A stretch of DNA of 64,000 bases from Clostridia bacterium. GTDB taxonomy: Bacteria > Bacillota > Clostridia > JAAYHZ01. This document shows positions 47,603-57,391 of this stretch, piece by piece. The notes below the pieces were generated by a model that was not told the DNA's origin, searched no databases, and saw nothing but the letters and a program-made list of their open reading frames with translations. The position numbers and the translations under genes were made by a program. The stretch is taken from positions 32,001 through 96,000 of the forward strand of contig JBMNIH010000008.1 of assembly GCA_050950825.1 (NCBI GenBank). The letters are read 5' to 3'. How positions within the stretch are numbered: position 1 is the stretch's first letter; every line of letters starts with the position of its first letter.

Positions 47603-49108
47603 CTATCGCGAACTTGTCGTTTCCTGCTGTGTGGTAGACTGCACCTTCGGGGTGACCTTGACGCTTACGTTGGTCGTGGTCTTTAAGGTTACATCCCTCA
47701 AGTTCACGTTGTTCAACCGTACAGGCAGTCGATGTACGCCGGTAGTCTTATCGGACACATCCACATAAAAGATCAAATCTTCCATATCCATGCTTTCGAG
47801 AATCTCCGAAGGACCGGTTAACGTAACGGTCGCTCTTAAATCGTTGATCGTATAATCGTATTCTTCCTCATTCTTGTTGACAATTTGAATATTTTCACGA
47901 TCAACCACCACTCTCTTCTGCATAATTACGTTAAGCTCTACGAAACCGAATTCAACTACAGTCAGCCCCTCCGGCAAGTTCACTTGTAAAGGCTGTTTGT
48001 AATAGCCGTCTCGGATAGGCAAAGTAATCTGCGGCGCAAAATCATGTTCATCGATCTTCTCCATATCCTTGGCTTTTCCTTTGACGATCATGGATATCTT
48101 GTCGTTCAAGATGGTCCAATCCAAATTGCTGTCGATATAGATTTGGTTTACGAATATTTCATCCTTGGAAAATTCAATGGTTCGGTACTCATAAGGCTTG
48201 ATACCCACATGTACTACGGCATTGTTAGTACCGACCAACCACAATCCGTCCGGTACCTTGATGGGAACCGGCGCGTCAAACGAGGAATCTCGGCCGGAGA
48301 TGTCCACATTTTCCGTATAGATAACATCGTAGCTTTCCATGACTTCCCTGTAGCCTGCCACATACACGATATGAGGCTCCCAAGAAATGTCGTCTTCGTC
48401 TACGTAATAGTCGTAAGCGGGCTGTCCCGTATAGTTTAAGACCAGCTGTACTTCTTTTTTCATGGTAACCTTCACATCTACCATTACCGTTTGGGGCAGA
48501 ATATCCAATTCATGCCCATCCTCATCGTAAATCTTCAATATTTCTTTATAGGTTTTATCGCTTTTCAGCCGGTCGATATTAACGGTAACTTTGGCCATGG
48601 CAGCTCTGTCAACATAAGAAGACAGGTTTTGTAAAACAATTTTATCCGGCACCATTTCGATGGATGAAACGGAATAACCGTCGTAAGGCATTCCTTCCGT
48701 TTCGCATTCGATCTTCAGCTCTTTTTCTCCGATGCTTTCCATATTCAAATCCAACGTGTTTTTCCCGGATATCCAATAGGAAATGTTTTCATTCCCTTTA
48801 TAGACCAAATTATCCAACGGAATGGACCGCTGTCCTTTGAAAGCATAGTCGTAAATGTCCACGATGATTTGAAAATCCTCCGCTCTGACTTTTTCCAAGG
48901 TTTTCTTTCTGCCTCTTGCCGACACTTCCACCGTATTTATGTAATCTTCCACGACATGTAATCTACGTTCTTTTATAACCGATTCGTTTAGAATTTGGAT
49001 GGGCACGTTGAATCGCACCGTTACTATGGGGTTTTCACGGTTGGTAATCAAAAACCAAATTATTAAAGCGAGAATGACGGATATCCCTCGAATTATATTT
49101 TTGTTCAT
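47603..49108 (-). CDS. cdaR: CdaR (YbbR-domain) diadenylate cyclase regulator
   Basis: N-terminal TM helix and repeated YbbR-like beta domains. Overlaps the cdaA stop. Confidence 0.85.
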   Translation of the reverse strand: MNKNIIRGISVILALIIWFLITNRENPIVTVRFNVPIQILNESVIKERRLHVVEDYINTVEVSARGRKKTLEKVRAEDFQIIVDIYDYAFKGQRSIPLDNLVYKGNENISYWISGKNTLDLNMESIGEKELKIECETEGMPYDGYSVSSIEMVPDKIVLQNLSSYVDRAAMAKVTVNIDRLKSDKTYKEILKIYDEDGHELDILPQTVMVDVKVTMKKEVQLVLNYTGQPAYDYYVDEDDISWEPHIVYVAGYREVMESYDVIYTENVDISGRDSSFDAPVPIKVPDGLWLVGTNNAVVHVGIKPYEYRTIEFSKDEIFVNQIYIDSNLDWTILNDKISMIVKGKAKDMEKIDEHDFAPQITLPIRDGYYKQPLQVNLPEGLTVVEFGFVELNVIMQKRVVVDRENIQIVNKNEEEYDYTINDLRATVTLTGPSEILESMDMEDLIFYVDVSDKTTGVHRLPVRLNNVNLRDVTLKTTTNVSVKVTPKVQSTTQQETTSSR

Positions 49109-50229
49109 CTCGTGTCCGGACCCCCCGTGTTTTGCTTAACTTTCTCTTTCTCCTTCTTTTTGCTTTTGTCTTTCGTTTCTTTTGACGATTCTTTTTTCGT
49201 ATCTTCTCCTTTGTATTTCAATACCTTAACGATCCGGTCTTTCAATTTATCCAAAAATTCTTTGAACAGAACCGTAAAATTCTTACCTTCTTTTTGTCCG
49301 GTTTCGTCCTTCTTACTTTCCTTCTTTTCGGCCTTTGCCGCTTTTTCTTCTCTTTGGATGGCGGCTTCTTGTTTAAGGTTTAAAATGTGTATGCCGTGCT
49401 TATCTCTTTTTTCCAGCATGTGTTTGCTCAAGGTTTTTCTTAGAGTGTCCACTTCTCGAATGGTAACCAAGGATCCGTTTCGAACAAAGGAGATGTTACC
49501 GGATTCTTCCGATACCACGATAACCAAGCAGTCACACACCTCGCTGATTCCGATTGCCGCACGGTGCCTGGTTCCTAAGTTTCTGTCAACGTTGGGACTG
49601 TCCGTTAAGGGTAAAAAAGCGGCAGCCGCCCTTATTTTATCTTCTCGAATAATAATAGCTCCGTCATGAAGAGGGGTATTGGGAGTAAAGATATTCTCAA
49701 TCAATTCGGCGGTGACAGCGGAGTCCAATATGACACCGGTTTTAGCGATGTCTTCGATGGTGACTCCCTGCTCGATTACGATCAAGGCACCGGTATAGGA
49801 CTTGGACAGCCGGTTGACCGCCTTCACCACTTCCTCGATAACGGTTGCTTTTTTTATGAGCTGCTTTTGTTCATCGACAAATATGCTGTTGAATATGTTT
49901 TTCTTTCCTAATTGCTCTAAAGCTCTGCGTATTTCCGGCTGGAAAAGAACCACCAAAGAAATGGCGGCAATGGTAATCACATTGTCGAAGATATAGGAGA
50001 TGGTGGTAAGCCCCAGCAATTTGCTCAACCCGGCCAATATAAATACAATCAATATCCCTCTTATTAGCTGCCATGCTCTTGTGTCTTGAATGATAACTAA
50101 AAGCTTGTATATTAAATACGCAACTATTAAGATATCCAGAATACTGGTGATATAAAAAAGCGGGTTATTGCTTTTTAAGTAAAATAAATTCGAAATATCA
50201 CTTACATCAAAAGCCGTCGTATTATCCAT
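49105..50229 (-). CDS. cdaA: Diadenylate cyclase CdaA with long charged C-terminal tail
   Basis: Three TM helices, FQPEIRRALE, PLHDGA, GTRHRAA, VVSEESG. Confidence 0.95.
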   Translation of the reverse strand: MDNTTAFDVSDISNLFYLKSNNPLFYITSILDILIVAYLIYKLLVIIQDTRAWQLIRGILIVFILAGLSKLLGLTTISYIFDNVITIAAISLVVLFQPEIRRALEQLGKKNIFNSIFVDEQKQLIKKATVIEEVVKAVNRLSKSYTGALIVIEQGVTIEDIAKTGVILDSAVTAELIENIFTPNTPLHDGAIIIREDKIRAAAAFLPLTDSPNVDRNLGTRHRAAIGISEVCDCLVIVVSEESGNISFVRNGSLVTIREVDTLRKTLSKHMLEKRDKHGIHILNLKQEAAIQREEKAAKAEKKESKKDETGQKEGKNFTVLFKEFLDKLKDRIVKVLKYKGEDTKKESSKETKDKSKKKEKEKVKQNTGGPDTR

Positions 50230-50359
50230 GTCACCATTTACTAAGCATCAAATTAGCCTTACCCCTTTTATTCATGTAAAGGAAACATCATTGAGCAAGG
50301 ATATTATATCTTAATATAGGGCATTTTGCAAAGAAATTCAGACGGAAGGATATTATTTC

Positions 50360-50392
50360 AAAAAGCCGCTTAAAAAAGGAAAAAGCGGCTTT
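50360..50392 (-). terminator. Intrinsic terminator after the small ORF
   Basis: AAAGCCGCTT...AAGCGGCTTT hairpin with a flanking A/T run. Confidence 0.7.
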
Positions 50393-50428
50393 CATTGCTT
50401 GTTTATGAAAAAAGGAAAAGATATTTTA

Positions 50429-50527
50429 TTAGTAGGAAAAGATGCTCACTATTGTTAAAGCTGCACTCGTCAATACAAATGCGACTAACGTGATAATAGC
50501 GATGATTCTTACCCATTTTTTATTCAT
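50429..50527 (-). CDS. 32-aa single-TM small protein (Prli42/DUF4044-like), below the ORF-track cutoff
   Basis: MNKKWVRIIAIITLVAFVLTSAALTIVSIFSY*. Purine-rich RBS, upstream TTGCAA-17-TATACT promoter, downstream terminator. Confidence 0.7.
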   Translation of the reverse strand: MNKKWVRIIAIITLVAFVLTSAALTIVSIFSY

Positions 50528-50604
50528 CTTTCCCGTCCCTTTTGTTAACATTTATCAGTAAGAGTATACTCTTTGCATACGGTATTTGCAAGTGGGAAAA
50601 ACGG

Positions 50605-50997
50605 CTACCCGTTCCAACCGTATTTGATAACGAAATAGATGACGTAAGCCCAATTTAAAGCGCCGTGGAAGATCGCCCAACCGATGGAATGCCACTTCAC
50701 ATAAGAAATGATCATTGCCAAAACGGCACCGAATCCCACGCCTTGCCGAACCGTTTGATTGGTAACTTTCGTGACATTGGTGATTAATTTTCGTTTTTCA
50801 CCATAGATGATTTCCTCAATCGATATTTCGAAAATGAGGGATAGACGAAACAAAGTATCAATATTCGGAAGGGTTTTTCCGTTTTCCCAATTGGATACCG
50901 CTTGGCGGGTGACATTCATTTGTTCCGCCAATTGCTCCTGCGTCATTTTCTTTTCTTCTCGAAACCTTTTAATGTTTTGCCCGATATTGCCGCTCAT
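50605..50997 (-). CDS. XRE-family HTH regulator with C-terminal membrane segment
   Basis: IKRFREEKKMTQEQLAEQMNVTRQAVSNWENGKT.P followed by a hydrophobic tail. GGGGTGA RBS. Confidence 0.88.
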   Translation of the reverse strand: MSGNIGQNIKRFREEKKMTQEQLAEQMNVTRQAVSNWENGKTLPNIDTLFRLSLIFEISIEEIIYGEKRKLITNVTKVTNQTVRQGVGFGAVLAMIISYVKWHSIGWAIFHGALNWAYVIYFVIKYGWNG

Positions 50998-51044
50998 ATC
51001 ATCACCCCTGCTTTCATTATAGGGGTCCGTAATCCGGTTTATCA

Positions 51045-51061
51045 AGCAATGGTTTATTGCT
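51045..51061. promoter_or_regulatory. Palindromic operator, likely autoregulatory site of the XRE gene
   Basis: AGCAAT-GGTTT-ATTGCT abutting a TTGATA-18-TATAAT promoter on the minus strand. Confidence 0.55.
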
Positions 51062-51236
51062 ACCGTAATTGACGATGCGTTTACATGGCAAAATAAAAAT
51101 CGAGCAGAAAAAACCCTTCTCCTGTTTGCTATAGCAGGAATTTTTCAAAACATTCGACGGCGAACCAATCTATTGGACATGACATTCCCCTCATCGGCAA
51201 AGCTTCTTCCTATTTTGGCTTTCTAAATCTTTCTAT

Positions 51237-51566
51237 TTAATCTTCATTTTCCTCCTCATTCAGGGATGAGAAGAGCTCATCCACGATAGCCTTTGCTTCG
51301 GATAATTGCTTGTAAAAGACATAAAAACGTACACTTTCAAGCATCGGTCCTGTTTTCGTTGCCAAACCTGCGCCTAATACGTTTTTTTGAACGAACGGTA
51401 TATTCCGCTGCTTAAGCACATCCGCGAGCATACCGCTCCAAATTTGCTCTTTCTCAGTAAGAAAGCACAGATCGTCCGATGCCACCTGCCGATCGCTTTT
51501 TCTGCCGCAAACAGGGCAACGTTCTCCGTCAATCGGTAGGCAACAAGTATTGCAATACAGAGACAT
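51237..51566 (-). CDS. DUF2007-like protein with N-terminal zinc ribbon
   Basis: CxxC...CPVCG, then ML.DVLK...IP, FYV and A..IV.E motifs. Confidence 0.7.
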   Translation of the reverse strand: MSLYCNTCCLPIDGERCPVCGRKSDRQVASDDLCFLTEKEQIWSGMLADVLKQRNIPFVQKNVLGAGLATKTGPMLESVRFYVFYKQLSEAKAIVDELFSSLNEEENED

Positions 51567-51719
51567 GAAACCTCACTCCTCTTGTCCGGATGAATGGTAT
51601 AAATACCCATATCAAGTATATCATGTGATACGAGAACATATCAAGTTTTGCCCTGCCGGTTCGAAAAAAAATCCGACCCCATCTCCAATAGAAAAGATTT
51701 GGTTCGGATTATATTGGCT

Positions 51720-51802
51720 TGGTGCGGGTGACAGGAGTTGAACCTGCACGGTTGCCCGCTAGATCCTAAGTCTAGTGCGTCTGCCAATTCCGCCACACCC
51801 GC
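51720..51802 (-). tRNA. tRNA-Leu (anticodon TAG)
   Basis: GCGGGTG...CACCCGC-ACCA acceptor stem, CTAGA-CT-TAG-GA-TCTAG anticodon arm, long variable arm, GTTCAA T-loop. Confidence 0.97.
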
Positions 51803-51915
51803 AAGCAAAGAATATTATATCTGTCGCATGACGGTTTGTCAAACGAAAAAATTCGATACTTTATAGTGATATTCTTCCTTCCGATAATTCGATATGCTCG
51901 TTATCGAATATCGCC

Positions 51916-52212
51916 TTATTCTTCCTTTTTGCTTCTTCTCGGCTTCTTCGTATCTCCTTCCTGCACCTGCTCCCTCAAATGGCGCTTTTTCCAGAGTGAG
52001 AGTTGTATGGAATACAAGAGAAAAATAACCGCCGATATTCCTAAAGGCCAATGGAAAAAGAAATTCGCACTATCGGAATAAATGTCGATGGTGAATAGGA
52101 GAAAATTCAGAATAAAAAGGACCATGAACAGCATAAGAATCTTTTTAATCTCTTTGCTGTTTCGAACGACAAAACGGTTGAATTTATTGTCTTTGATTTT
52201 TTTACGATCCAT
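51916..52212 (-). CDS. Hypothetical two-TM membrane protein
   Basis: AAAGGAG RBS, two hydrophobic helices. Confidence 0.65.
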   Translation of the reverse strand: MDRKKIKDNKFNRFVVRNSKEIKKILMLFMVLFILNFLLFTIDIYSDSANFFFHWPLGISAVIFLLYSIQLSLWKKRHLREQVQEGDTKKPRRSKKEE

Positions 52213-52232
52213 GCGATAAGCTCCTTTATGTA

Positions 52233-52850
52233 TTAATCCCCGGCATTGATTTCATCCAAGGTCATTTCGTATGCCGGTAAAAATTTCTCGATGAAAAACC
52301 GGACCTCCGGCAAACCGATCTTGCTTATTAATTCAAACAATGATTTTTCGGCTTCCATGAATTCACTGTTGCCGCTTTTGCGTTCCTCCACGCATTTAAT
52401 ATATGCGGAAAGCTTGTCTGCAGCCTTGACAACGGTCCAATAGATTTCAGGGTTCGAATCGTCCACATCGAAATAGTGACGGTAAACCTCTTTCATTTCG
52501 CATGGCAGCATATCCAACAGCCGACATTTGGATATCTTTTCGATTTCTTTATAGGCGCTTCGTATATCCGGGTTGTAGTACTTGACCGGAGTAGGCATAT
52601 CGCCGGTGATGATCTCGTTGGCATCGTGATACATGGCCAAGACGGCAATCCGGTCCGCATTCCAATCACCGCCAAAGTATACGTTGTTGATCACGGCAAG
52701 AGCATGGGCGATGATTGCTACATCCAAGCTGTGCTCCTGTATATTTTCCGTAATGTTGTTACGCATCAAGCCCCATCGGGAGATGTATTTCATTCGGGTT
52801 ATAAACGCAAAAAATTTATTCCGTTCCAATACTATGCCGTCCTTCTTCAA
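52233..52850 (-). CDS. yfbR: 5'-deoxynucleotidase (HD domain)
   Basis: RMKYI.RWGLMRN..EN..EHS, YHDA.E..TGD.PTPVKY, VKAADKLSA. Start possibly TTG at 52829. Confidence 0.92.
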   Translation of the reverse strand: MKKDGIVLERNKFFAFITRMKYISRWGLMRNNITENIQEHSLDVAIIAHALAVINNVYFGGDWNADRIAVLAMYHDANEIITGDMPTPVKYYNPDIRSAYKEIEKISKCRLLDMLPCEMKEVYRHYFDVDDSNPEIYWTVVKAADKLSAYIKCVEERKSGNSEFMEAEKSLFELISKIGLPEVRFFIEKFLPAYEMTLDEINAGD

Positions 52851-52908
52851 AGTATTATCCTAATATATTTTAAGTATAATCGAAATCGGATAGGAAATAA
52901 AGGATTAT

Positions 52909-53487
52909 CTATTCCGACAGGAGGGTATAATCCGGAGCCAAAGGTTCTTTAATTTTCACAAAATTCAGTTTTTCGTATTCCTTGCTGTTGATCAGGATTT
53001 TGACGTATTGAATGCCCTCGATGCCCGTGATACTGTTGACGATAGCATATACGGATAATCGTTCGACGGTTTCGTCTTTTGTCATTTCGTTTATGAAATT
53101 GTCACTAAGGTTCATAATACATACCTCCCCGTCATTTTTCGCCCATAACAATTCGGTACCGGGCGGAATCACCGGATTCAAATCTTTATTCACGGGGCCG
53201 TTTGCCAACAGCTCAAATACGGCAACCGGCAAATTTTTTAAAGTTTGCTCAATGGTTGCGGTCTCTTTTACCAATTTATCGCCGGATTCGGAGATAAAAT
53301 AAAGATCCACCTTAAGGGGACGGTTGTATAACTTTAAGCCCTCTTTGAACAAGAATTCCTTCGGATTCTCAAACAGCTTCTCGGCGTCTCCGGTCATAAC
53401 CAATCGATATCCGATTATGGCAAATGCAATAAACAGCACCAAAGCGACCAGTATGATTTTCTTAATGGGTAACACCTCCGCTACCAT
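52909..53487 (-). CDS. GerMN-domain membrane-anchored protein
   Basis: TM helix, LYF...LVKE, L..GP, IP.GT, YAIVNSIT. Start codon uncertain. Confidence 0.82.
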   Translation of the reverse strand: MVAEVLPIKKIILVALVLFIAFAIIGYRLVMTGDAEKLFENPKEFLFKEGLKLYNRPLKVDLYFISESGDKLVKETATIEQTLKNLPVAVFELLANGPVNKDLNPVIPPGTELLWAKNDGEVCIMNLSDNFINEMTKDETVERLSVYAIVNSITGIEGIQYVKILINSKEYEKLNFVKIKEPLAPDYTLLSE

Positions 53488-53553
53488 TATAAACGAAAAA
53501 ACCGGTTCTAACCGGCATTCGAAAAAAATCTTTCCTTATCAACATCATCTGTT

Positions 53554-54582
53554 TTAAATTTTTCCGCTTTCTTCTCCATCCTTTAGGGTCTTTTCAATAT
53601 CTTTTATATTCTGCATCACAATCTCCCCTTTTATAAACACCAATTGCTTGCTTTCCATTTGGACAACCTTCAACAAATCTTTGACGGCATAATTGAGAGT
53701 TTCCACGTCTTCTTTGCTCTTTTTTGCCACCATGCTCTTGGTTGAGGACCAGACGGACTCCAATTCCTCTGCATCCTTTGCCGCCTGCTCCCAATCGCCG
53801 ATATTGGCATTGTAAATTACATTTCTTGTATAGTATCGAACCTTTTTAATACCGGGATGAATAGGAGAATCGTATACCGCAAGAGCATTGGGAATAAAGG
53901 AATACAATTTGTTTACGGCTAAAAGCATTTGGGCGTTGTTTTTTTCCAAGGACATGTTCGTAACCTCGTTTAGCATATCTCCGAATTCTTCGGTTAATTT
54001 CGGCGGAACCCCGTCTTTGACGGCTTTCGGCAAATAACTGTTCCATGTCGAATGAATTCCTTTGAGTGTCTTTTCAATTTGCTTCCAATTCTCTTTTTTT
54101 TGCTCCTCTTCCTTCATTTTCGGATCTTCTTTTTCCCCGTCGGATGTTTCTCCTTCGGAAGATTTGCCGTCTCCTTTTTCTTTTTGGCTTTCTTCCTTTT
54201 GTCCTCCGCCCTCACCGTTTTCTTTTTCTTTTTCCGCTTCCTTATTCTTTCCCTCTTCTTTCTTTTTTCCTTCTTCTTTGTCTTCACCCTGTTCTTTGTC
54301 TTTGCCGCCCGTTTCTTCATCCTTTTGGTTCATCTGCTCTTCGTCTTCTTTGGAATCCGTTTGTTGCTTCTTTTTCGTCTTATTCTCTTCCCTTTTTTCT
54401 TCAGACAAACTAGGATCGCTCAAGGTTGCCAAAATGCTTTCAATATCCTCTTCAATGGATTTTAGCTCACGAGGAACGGGATTTTCCTCTTCTTTTTCCT
54501 TTTCGCTTGATTTTCCGCAGCCGGTTATATTAAAAAGCAAAACAATAGACAAAATGAACAAAAAAACTTTGTTCGCTTTCAT
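53554..54582 (-). CDS. Hypothetical lipoprotein with Glu/Lys-rich low-complexity linker
   Basis: Lipobox ITGC, ~100-aa E/K/G-rich tract, helical C-terminus. Confidence 0.78.
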   Translation of the reverse strand: MKANKVFLFILSIVLLFNITGCGKSSEKEKEEENPVPRELKSIEEDIESILATLSDPSLSEEKREENKTKKKQQTDSKEDEEQMNQKDEETGGKDKEQGEDKEEGKKKEEGKNKEAEKEKENGEGGGQKEESQKEKGDGKSSEGETSDGEKEDPKMKEEEQKKENWKQIEKTLKGIHSTWNSYLPKAVKDGVPPKLTEEFGDMLNEVTNMSLEKNNAQMLLAVNKLYSFIPNALAVYDSPIHPGIKKVRYYTRNVIYNANIGDWEQAAKDAEELESVWSSTKSMVAKKSKEDVETLNYAVKDLLKVVQMESKQLVFIKGEIVMQNIKDIEKTLKDGEESGKI

Positions 54583-54699
54583 GTTTATCCTCCGGTTCAC
54601 AATACTTCATCTTTAGTATTTGTCAATTAACCGGATTCATACTTTTATTTTTTGATTCGTCGGACGGCTTAAAGATTCATAACGAAAAAACCGTTATTT

Positions 54700-55500
54700 T
54701 TAGAGAAAAAAATCCGCAAGCATGATTAACAGCATCACCGAAACAAAAACAAAGGATACGTATAGATCCATTTTCGTCATTTTTAATTGCTTCAGTCGGG
54801 TCCGATTCTCTCCGCCGCGATAGCAGCGAGCTTCCATGGCGGTAGCCAAATCGTCCGCTCGACGAAAAGCGCTGATGAACAAAGGTACCAATACCGGAAT
54901 AAAGCTTTTGGCTTTTTGAAACAGGTTGCCGGTATCAAAATCGGCTCCTCTTGCCGTTTGCGCCTTAATGATCTTTTGCGTTTCCTCCATCAATACCGGA
55001 ATGAACCGAAGGGCGATACTCATCATCATGGCGATTTCATGAACCGGTACCTTGATTTTCTTTAACGGATTCAAAAGCTTTTCGATGGCATCCGTCAGCA
55101 TAATCGGTGTCGTGGTAAGCGTTACTAACGAAGATCCCGTAATCAATACGGTAATTCGCAAGGCGGTGCGAACGGCTCGCATTAAGCCTTCGTAGGTTAC
55201 GGTGAACTTCCATACGGTAAAAAGAGGTGTGCCTTCGCTGAAAAAGACGTTTAATACCATGGTAAAAAGGATAATGATTAAAACCGGCTTTAGCCCTTTA
55301 AAAGCATAAGAGAGGGGTACCTTCGATACCATAACGGCAAAAACGGAAAAAACCAAAGCGAAGCTCAAGCACAGTAAATTGTCTATGACAAATACGATGA
55401 TCATCAAAGCCAAAGACATTAATATTTTAACTCTCGGATCCGCCTTATGAAGAGGAGAATCTCCGGGATAGTATTGACCTAAAGTTATATCACCCATCAC
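54700..55500 (-). CDS. ecfT: ECF transporter transmembrane component T
   Basis: H..DPR.K, ALRFIP, AQTARG, AMEARCY. Confidence 0.95.
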   Translation of the reverse strand: MMGDITLGQYYPGDSPLHKADPRVKILMSLALMIIVFVIDNLLCLSFALVFSVFAVMVSKVPLSYAFKGLKPVLIIILFTMVLNVFFSEGTPLFTVWKFTVTYEGLMRAVRTALRITVLITGSSLVTLTTTPIMLTDAIEKLLNPLKKIKVPVHEIAMMMSIALRFIPVLMEETQKIIKAQTARGADFDTGNLFQKAKSFIPVLVPLFISAFRRADDLATAMEARCYRGGENRTRLKQLKMTKMDLYVSFVFVSVMLLIMLADFFL

Positions 55501-56345
55501 GGACGCTTCACCACCTTCATAATTTCTTCAACCATTCGGTCTACCGTGTGAATATCCGAAGGAAAGCCCTTGATTATTCGAGCCAAGCCTCTTGCCATAT
55601 ATGTGACCTGAGGTGCCGACAATCCCATGCTCTCCAGCAGCTCCACGTTCTCAAAGGCCTTATCCGGAGTCGTATCCATAGCCAGTGATCCTTTATTCAT
55701 AACCAGTATCCGGTCTGCAAAACCGGCCATTTCCTCCATGCTGTGGGATACGATTATGACGGTCGTTTTTTTCGTACGATTGATTTCCGATAAAGAACGG
55801 AACAGCTCGTCTCTTCCTTTCGGGTCCAATCCCGCCGTCGGTTCATCCAATACAAGAATACTCGGTCCCGTTACCAATACTCCGGCAATGGCTACCCTTC
55901 TTTTCTGTCCACCGGACAGCTCAAAGGGAGACTTATCCATTAATTCTTTGGATAACCCCATTTCGGCAGCCGCCTCCCTAATACGAAGATCGGCTTCATC
56001 CTCCGGAAGACGGAACTGCTTTTTTAATCCGAAAGCAATATCTTTGTAAACCGTTTCTTCAAAAAGCTGGTGTTCCGGGTACTGAAAAACCATACCCACC
56101 ATTTTCCTTAGCTCTTTAATGTCCTTGGACATGGTGTCGATTCCGTTTACGATAACTTGGCCGGCATGAGGCTTTAAAAGCCCGTTTAAATGCTGAACCA
56201 ATGTAGACTTACCGGAGCCGGTATGTCCGATGATTCCCACCTTTTCACCGTCTCGGATGGTTACCGTAACGTCACGGACCGCAACCTTCTCCATGACCGT
56301 ATCTTTATTGTATATATGTGTTAAATTCTTAATTTCTATTGCCAA
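55497..56345 (-). CDS. ecfA2: ECF transporter ATPase A2
   Basis: GHTGSGKST, FQYPEHQLFE, SPFELSGGQ, LDEPTAGLDP. Confidence 0.94.
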   Translation of the reverse strand: MAIEIKNLTHIYNKDTVMEKVAVRDVTVTIRDGEKVGIIGHTGSGKSTLVQHLNGLLKPHAGQVIVNGIDTMSKDIKELRKMVGMVFQYPEHQLFEETVYKDIAFGLKKQFRLPEDEADLRIREAAAEMGLSKELMDKSPFELSGGQKRRVAIAGVLVTGPSILVLDEPTAGLDPKGRDELFRSLSEINRTKKTTVIIVSHSMEEMAGFADRILVMNKGSLAMDTTPDKAFENVELLESMGLSAPQVTYMARGLARIIKGFPSDIHTVDRMVEEIMKVVKRP

Positions 56346-57207
56346 TACGATTCACCGCCAGGTTTTCCATAATCACTTTCAAAGCTTCGTCAACCGTCAA
56401 AATATCGTTGGGAAACTTGTAGCCCTTTTTATTCAGCTTGTAAAAAACTTCGGTTACCTGAGGAACATCCAAGCCCATTCCCTTGATTCTTTCCACGTCG
56501 GAAAAAATTTCAGCCGGTGTTCCTTCGGCTATGATTTTTCCGTTATCCACCACCGCCACACGGTCCGCAAGACATGCCTCCTCCATATGGTGCGTAACAT
56601 GAATAACCGTAATTCCTCGGTTTTTATTCAAATCCAACAAAACATCCAGAACTTCTTTGCGCCCCCACGGATCCAGCATGGACGTCGCTTCATCCAAAAT
56701 GATGCATTGCGGTTCCATAGCTAAAATTCCGGCGATGGCAACCTTTTGCTTTTGTCCTCCGGAAAGCCGATGAGGTGCGTACAAGGCAAAATCCGACATA
56801 CCCACCGTCTTTAACGATCGATCCACTCTTTTTCGAATTTCTTCAGGCGGAACCCCTAAATTCTCCGGTCCGAATGCCACGTCTTCTTCCACCACATTGC
56901 CTACGATTTGGTTGTCCGGGTTTTGGAACACCATACCTACGTCTTTTCGGATCAGCCACGTATTTTCGTCGTTCAAGGTATCCATTCCGTTGACGAAAAC
57001 CGTACCGGTTCTCGGTTTTAGCAAAGCATTGAACAGCCGACATAGGGTGGACTTGCCGGAACCGTTTCGTCCTAAGAGAACCAAGAATTCTCCTTTTTTT
57101 ATTTCCAGATCGATTCCGTTGATGGCTTCCACGTTTTCGGCATTTTCCGACATGGCTTTATAGTAATAATATACGTTTTTCGCCTGAATCATGGTTATAT
57201 CATTCAT
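56329..57207 (-). CDS. ecfA1: ECF transporter ATPase A1
   Basis: GRNGSGKST, FQNPDNQ, LSGGQKQ, LDEATSMLDP. Confidence 0.94.
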   Translation of the reverse strand: MNDITMIQAKNVYYYYKAMSENAENVEAINGIDLEIKKGEFLVLLGRNGSGKSTLCRLFNALLKPRTGTVFVNGMDTLNDENTWLIRKDVGMVFQNPDNQIVGNVVEEDVAFGPENLGVPPEEIRKRVDRSLKTVGMSDFALYAPHRLSGGQKQKVAIAGILAMEPQCIILDEATSMLDPWGRKEVLDVLLDLNKNRGITVIHVTHHMEEACLADRVAVVDNGKIIAEGTPAEIFSDVERIKGMGLDVPQVTEVFYKLNKKGYKFPNDILTVDEALKVIMENLAVNRIGNRN

Positions 57208-57391
57208 GTTTGCCTTTGTAATAACCTTCTTTACTCAATAAAATGTCAAGTTATTATATCACACGTATCATTGTGTGTATAACTTTTTTATAAATCCTTT
57301 GCGCCGTTTTTACCTTAAAAAAAAGAAAAAGGGTCCTATCCCGGATTAAAGCCTTACAAGAAGTCTGTTCTACAGCGCCGTCGCTTTACAT

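Noticed and set aside
50605-51802. Integrated island at the tRNA-Leu 3' end
   Set aside because: Accessory-looking genes are present, but I saw no integrase or duplicated tRNA 3' att sequence.
54052-54616. Several Phe/Ser-rich plus-strand ORFs (also 49112..49669)
   Set aside because: Antisense shadows of Glu/Lys-rich low-complexity coding sequence.
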